Shown here: positions 57,295 to 64,000 of the stretch, piece by piece
How positions within the stretch are numbered: the first letter of the stretch is position 1
How the letters are laid out: each line of letters begins with the position of its first letter
Source of the DNA: the human T2T-CHM13v2.0 reference genome, Homo sapiens
Assembly: GCF_009914755.1 (NCBI RefSeq)
Contig: NC_060932.1
Length of the DNA: 64,000 bases
Direction: 5' to 3' (one strand)
The notes under the pieces: model-generated
Told to the model about the DNA's origin: nothing
Seen by the model: only the letters and a program-made list of their open reading frames with translations
Database searches by the model: none
Program-made: the position numbers and the translations under genes

Positions 57295-57500
57295 GGGGCT
57301 CTGAGGCTTCGGATTGGAACCATCTGGTCCCTGGTCCTAGCTCTGCTACTTGTGGCCTTGGCTAAGGTAGTAACCTCTCCAAGCCTCCTCTACAAAGGGA
57401 TCATCATCGTAGTACCTCACTCATGGAATTCTAAGGATTAAAATGGAAAGTGCTTACAATAGGGTGAGAAACATACTAAAGACTCTGTAAATGTTTGTTT
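57295..57500 (+). mobile_element. MIR
   Basis: CCTAGCTCTGCTACTTGTGGCCTTGGCTAAG...AAGGATTAAAATG...AAAGTGCTTA. Confidence 0.65.
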
Positions 57501-58032
57501 CTGTTAATAAGCAGAATTATGCCTGGACGTGCTTAAGCTCCCAGACTTTTTCTACACTGCCCTCAGTTATCAATCTCCATTCTGACTACTTCTCAGTGAC
57601 CAAGAGAAGAGAGGAAAGAGCTGGGAGAATAAGGCTGTGGGGAGGATGAGGCAGAGGGGATATGGGAGGATGAAGAAGAATTCTGGTGCGAGTGCATTGG
57701 GATCACTGAGTGTAGCCTGGTCCTCTCTCCTTCCCACCGCAGGACCTGATGATAGATCCCTGATAATTATGGTCTTTCTGGATGGGCCAGGTGGGCAATT
57801 TTATTCTTTGTAATCTTCAAAGGTACAAATGAATCAGTTTTATGACTTCTGCTTTACATCAAAATAAATTTCAGATGTCTCAAACATTGAGCAGCTTTGA
57901 ACGTAACTTGTTTTCTTTTCCTGCATTCAGGAGCCATAAAGTCTAGCCAGGATAAGGCCTCAGACCCAGTTCTTTACAGCAGATATTGTGAAATAGTGAC
58001 CAGTGCTTGGAACTCGGCCCACACATGGCTCA

Positions 58033-58573
<541 letters not shown>

Positions 58574-60150
58574 CTAATCTACTTGGAGCCTTGCATTCTA
58601 TTGCTGGCTCTAAAAGCTTTATGAAGTGACTGATCTAGAAGGACCATAAAATCTAGAGAAAGGACTTAATCTCTTTGGACTTAATCTCTTTGGACTCAGT
58701 TTACTCATTTATAAAATGAGCAAGGACCCTTGCAGTTCTAAAAATCTGCGTTTAGCTATGAACACTGCATTTAGCATGGGGCTGACATGTCAATGTCTAG
58801 CTTCACTATTAACCCTCATTTCCCTTCTGCTTCCCTGCCTTCATCTGCATGGACCAGACTACCACTCAGCCCTGAGAGGTCCAGAGCCAGCAAGGATAGG
58901 AGAAGCCGCCGTTGAACCCCAATGGTGGTCTCCACTTCACGCTCACTTCATAGTATTTTGGTTGTAGTATTTGATACTAAACTTATTTTTTTGTGCCTGG
59001 GAAAGAGTGGGTTCTCAGTAAATATCTATGGAGTCAGTAGATTAATTGGTAGCCAGGTTGGCTTTCCTACTTGCTGGGGCAAATCAGGGAGTGAGGGGCT
59101 ACTGTTGTCAAGGTTAGATTTTCTCCCATACACCAAAAACCCCCACAATTATTGCACAGCAGATACTTAACAAAGTATAATGAACAAGCACGGATGAGAT
59201 TGTTTCTCAGTAAGCTGAACTGCCAAACGAGTGAGAAAATGTAGTTTAAGACTGGGGTTCTCTGAAAAAAATACCTCTGCCCTCTCTAAAAGTTAAACTA
59301 TAGTTTTGGTAGTTTGTGTGGTGCAAATGAAACATTTTATATATGTAAGAAGCAATGGAGCCAGCAAGGATAGGAGAAGCCTCTGTGCAGAGACAGCTGT
59401 GGTGGAAGAGTGACTCGAATGTTTAAGTATTATCAAGACTGCTGTGGTAGAAGAATGACATGAATTTTTAATTATTATAGCTTGTTCCTCTGTGAACTAA
59501 ATGATGGATTCTAAGTGCATGGAAATGAGATACAAACCTGACCCTTAAACAACAGCCAATGGAATAGTGATAAATTTAAATGCCTCTTTTGTCCACTCAT
59601 ATTCATTTTCTTATGCAAATAATACTCGTAGAAAACAGAATAATAAAACAAACACATACCCACTACCTAGATGCATGTCCATAATAAATATTGGCATATT
59701 TTCCATGTTCAAGGGAACAAATTGTTCAGATTGTAAAGCCTATTTTGCTCTCTTCCTCCGTGTTACTTCCCTATCTCTGCCTTCAGAGTGAGCCAGCTTT
59801 TAGAACAGTGTAGGTCTTCTCATTCATATTTTTACATTTTGTTCCGTCCATTTGAGTTCATAAAATATACAAGATTGTGTTATGTGTTTTTAAAATCACA
59901 TTTAATGATATCAGATTGTAAGTGTTCTAGGACATTATTATGTTTTTGAGATTTATCCATGTTAATACAATTATTTCTATTTTAATCATTTAAATTGCTT
60001 TCTAGAATGATTAAGCCACAATTTGTGATTTATTACCTTACTATGAACATTTAGGTGATTTCTTTTAGAAACAATGCTGTAGTAAATATCCCTGAAGAAT
60101 TGCTCAGGAAATACACCTACCTTGGGTGACCAGGGTGTTGATGTATGGGC

Positions 60151-60295
60151 ACTTTCTGTCACCCAGGCTGGAAGTGCAGTGGTGTGAACATGGCTAACTG
60201 CAGTCTCAAATGCCTGGCCTCAAGTGATCGTCCTGCCCCAGCCTCCGGAGTAGTTGGGACTACAGGTGTGAGCCATCATGCCCAACTACTTTTTA
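60151..60295 (-). mobile_element. Alu monomer fragment within an old antisense L1M (~59850-60570)
   Basis: TCTGTCACCCAGGCTGGAAGTGCAGTGG...GGGACTACAGGTGTGAGCC. Confidence 0.75.
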
Positions 60296-60573
60296 ATTGT
60301 ATTTGTTATTGACAAATTGCTCTATGAAGGAGTTGTACCAGCTTACGCTCTCAGCAGTAGTATTGAAATTTCCATTTTTCACATCTTCTCCAAAACTTGC
60401 CAGATATTAAAATTGTCACCCATATGATGGGTATGAAATGACACCTCATTGTTATTTTGCTTTGTACTAACCTTATAGCAAGTGAGATGAACATATTTCT
60501 ATGTATTTATTGATCATTTGGGATTCTATTTCTCTGAAGTATGCATATTCTCTGGCCATTTTCTATCCTAATC

Positions 60574-63517
60574 TTTTTCTTTTTTGACACAGACTAATTA
60601 AGTTTTATTGTCTGAAAATACTCATAAAATACCTCATCTCCAAAATAATTCAAATACATAATTAATTGAATATTTTTAAAATGACAGTTTTCAAAAAGTA
60701 AAATTAAACACATTTTAGTAAATATATATATGTTTTATTTGTCAAGAGTAAATGTCAGTTTTACTTAGAATATTCAAGTACAAAAAATGAAAATTTATAT
60801 ATCTATGACTGTTAAGAAATGTTAGAAATCATTAAAATGTTCTGAGAATACTAGTAAGGCACTGAATGCAAATACCACCTGAAATATGAATTATGTGCAT
60901 TTTTATATCTTTAATATTCAGATGTTCATAGTTATTTTCTTAAAAAGTATTTTTAATAAAATGATTCAACCTTATTATTTTTCCCCTGGAAGACAGAGTT
61001 TAAACAAGTATGTAATGAAAAGTTTTCCTAAGGAAAGCTGTGATACACTCATGCTCAAAGGTACTTTATCCTTAGGAAAAAAGAGTTTCTATATCTGGAT
61101 GTTTTAACTTTTAAAGATATTTTGTTTCATCACAGTAATACATCAGCCATAATAAGGCATAATAAAGCATGAAGTCATCATATTAAATAATCTGACACAA
61201 AAGCTTAAGATCGTATCACCAATTGGGTAACTATCAAAAATTTTTAAGTTCTATAAAACTATTAAGAGGTTAGAGTTTTAGCTCTATAATACATCCCAAA
61301 ACATATTCCCTCAAATTTTTATTATATATAAAAAAGGTTCATCTTGGATATAAATGTAATCAGTTAGCCACGATATTAATGGGTTCTTTATTTTCAGTGG
61401 CACTGACACTTTGCTCTTTGGTATAATGCACTGCAGTGACAATAGCTTGGTAGCAAGAGAAAAGATTTAGATCCATCACAAAACAGCAACTTAAAAATTT
61501 CTAACAACAGTGAATATATACGAATATATAGGTACAAGCTGAGTATCCCTTATCCAAAATGCTAGGGACCAGAAGTGTTTTGGATTTCAGGTTCTGGAAT
61601 ATCTGTGTATACACAATGGGACCCGACTCTAATTGCATAATTCATGTTTCACATCCACCTTATACATATAGCCTGAAAGTAATTTATACAACATTTTTAA
61701 TAATTTTGTGCGAGAAACAAAATCTGTTTAAACTGAACCATCAGAAAGCAAAGGTGTCAGGTGGGGAATTTTCCACTTGTGGGGTCAAGTCATTGTTCAA
61801 AAAGATTCAGATTTTGAAGCTTCTGGATTTCAGATTTTTGAATTAGAGATGCTCAACTTGTAGTATCATTCACTCTGGCTTACGTATTGACCTCATACTT
61901 GAAAGTACTTTTCCATAAATATCAGTAACTGTGGCCGTTCACCAAATATAGAAGTGATAAAACAAACAAAAACAGCAAAATCAAAGCACACTTCTAGTTT
62001 TGTTTTTTTTTTTTAATAAATTTTGCTTGTGATGATGACCTTCTGTGCTCTGGAACTTCTGTTTTACAAAAAATTGGAGTTCTTATGGTCCTTGTCCTTA
62101 CTCAGGTTGCTGCCTGTTGCCAGAAAGGACTGGCTGTGAAATATCTCGGAGGTAGCTTTCTTTTTAGAGAAAGCAATTATTTCTTCTTCCAAAAGTCTTC
62201 TTTGTTCTTCAAGCTTCATTCTCTCTTCTTGGTGAAGTCTCTTAAGGTCCTCAAATTTGGCCTGTAGCTTTCTCTCAGCTTCTTTCAATATGGCTTCTTT
62301 CTCCTTCACTGGCTGCACAAACATCTGTTTCATTTCTTCTTCCTTCCTCTGACGTTCACCATGGAACTCATGTCTTTTGGCTTCATAGGTCTCTTGAAGA
62401 CTGACCGGCTTGTTTTCTGGGCCCACATCTGTAAAGCCCATTTCCTCCAGTTTGCAGCGCCTGTAAAGCTCATAGTGCCTGGTATGGGTCTGCTATCGCA
62501 GGTCCTCCATATTTGTACAAATGAACATTTCCCGCAGCTTTACAAAGTCACAGTGGTTTTCATTTTCCACCTGTACAACACCCCAAGGGTACTGGCGAGC
62601 TTTAACCATCTTGTTTCCGACTTTTATCTCATCCATACTTCCCACAACAGCAAACGGCAACTGTCCATTCATTGCAGCGTTGACCTTAGCAATAGTGTCA
62701 TCATCCGTTGGAAACTGGTATATCTGGACGCCATTGCTGACCAATTCACTCATGAACTTGATCTTAAACTTATGTAATTCAGTTTTAGAAACCGTATCTG
62801 CTTTGGCAATCACTGGTATAATGTTTACCTTGCTGTCAAGGTTCTTCATGGTTAAGAGATCAAGTGTCTTCAGAGAGTGGCCTGTCAGTGAAATGAAGTA
62901 GAGGCACACACGGATGCGAGAATCAGGGTAGGTAAAGAGAGAACGTTTAATCTTCAGTTATTCTTGGAGACAGGCCTCAAACTGAGCATCTATGTAGTCA
63001 ACTATCGGTTGGTAGCTCTCTTCTTTATTTATTTGGTCACCAAATCCCACTGTATTCACAATGGTCAATTTCAATCGAACATTACTTTCCTGGAGTTCAT
63101 ATGTCTGAACTTTAAGTTTAACATTTGGGCAAAAATGTGAGGATTCATAGTCTTCCAAATTAGTATTAAACAATGTGTCAATCAGTGTTGATTTTCCAAT
63201 TCCAGTTTCCCCCACACAGAATATTAAAGCAGAAACCTTGCTGAATGGATCTGTTCACCAGCTGATCAGGCAAATTCTCAAAACCAACATGGCCAGACAC
63301 AGTCAAGGAACGAATGTTTTCTCTTTTTCTCTGTTCATCATCAGATCCTTGTGAAGACATAGAAGTTGTTTTCGTTGCCATGTGAGACTGAAAGAGCAGG
63401 TGCCGCGCCACCTCGGAGCCATGGTCGCGGGCGGGGGCACGGTGAAGCGGCTGTATCAGCCCGGCCCGGAGCTGCTGGTCCCGGCTACGGCGGCGGGAAG
63501 GCCGGAGGGCTGCAGTC
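60574..63517 (-). pseudogene. SEPTIN10P1: Full-length processed pseudogene of septin-10 (likely SEPTIN10P1)
   Basis: Intronless SEPT10 CDS 63422-62064 ([14 protein letters not shown]..., [10 protein letters not shown]-loop, AKAD, ...KNSNFL) with frameshifts (~63417, ~63213) and stops (62960-62958, 62495-62493). Long 3'UTR, AATAAA at 60609-60604, T-tract at 60574-60585, TSD CCTAATC(C)TTTTT at 60567 and 63518. Symbol from recalled locus annotation. Confidence 0.95.
61535..61860 (+). mobile_element. Tigger4/MER46-type MITE within the pseudogene 3'UTR
   Basis: TIRs CAAGCTGAGTATC / GATGCTCAACTTG; TA TSDs at 61533-61534 and 61861-61862. Confidence 0.85.
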
Positions 63518-63673
63518 CCTAATCCTTTTTAAATTCAATATGTTGCAAATAACTGCTCTTAGTCTAAGATTTTTATTAAATTAATTTTCAAATCATGAAA
63601 TAAGTAAAATTTATTAATCCTTTTCTTATGTTTTTTGATTTTTGTGTCTGAAGAAATCCTGCCCACACCTTAT

Positions 63674-64000
63674 ATTGGTTAGGATGGCTACTATCAAAAA
63701 AACCTTAAAATAATGAGTGTTAGCAAGGATGTGGTGAAATTGGAATCCTGGTGCACTATTGATGAAAATGTAGAATGGTGCAGCTGCTGTGGAAAATAGT
63801 ACGGAGCCTCCTCAAAAATTAAACATAGGATTACCATATAATCCAGCAACTCACTTCCAAGTGTATATCCAAAAGAATTGAAAACAAGATCGCAAGGATA
63901 AATTTGCACATTCATGTTCATAACAGACATATCACGATAGTCAAGAGGTAGAAACAACCCAGATATCCTTCAGTGAATGACTAGATAAACAAAATGTGGC
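63674..64000 (+). mobile_element. L1MA/MB-like 3' region running off the window
   Basis: TTAGGATGGCTACTATCAAAAA...GCAAGGATGTGG...ATCCAGCAACTCACTTC. Confidence 0.8.

Noticed and set aside
62064-63422. Functional septin retrogene
   Set aside because: Frameshift just after the ATG, a second frameshift before the P-loop, and two in-frame stops.

Overview
Primate, very likely human, genomic DNA containing the complete proenkephalin gene (PENK, minus strand, about 26.2-31.9 kb). The gene has two short 5' non-coding exons, two coding exons (267-aa precursor with 6 YGGFM and 1 YGGFL cores), a TATA box, the ENKCRE-1/ENKCRE-2 cAMP enhancer and a CpG island. A full-length processed SEPTIN10 pseudogene lies at 60.6-63.5 kb. 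Most of the rest is transposon-derived: a full-length inactivated L1PA2/3-like element, a 3'-truncated L1PA5/6-like element, older L1s, many Alus, a solo HERV-H LTR7, a two-LTR MST element and several DNA transposons (MER1B, MER44, MER6, Tigger4). I see no evidence of a new multi-gene biological system. The most notable observations are: (1) a 127-bp insertion of an inverted U5 snRNA fragment fused to an L1 3' end within one 17-bp TSD, about 0.8 kb downstream of PENK; (2) a convergent LTR7 and a CpG/G-rich patch just 3' of PENK; (3) a ~180-bp ectopic duplication that preserves an L1 pre-insertion site; (4) a palindromic templated-insertion scar at an L1 deletion breakpoint. Repeat subfamily calls come from recalled consensus features and need RepeatMasker/Dfam confirmation.
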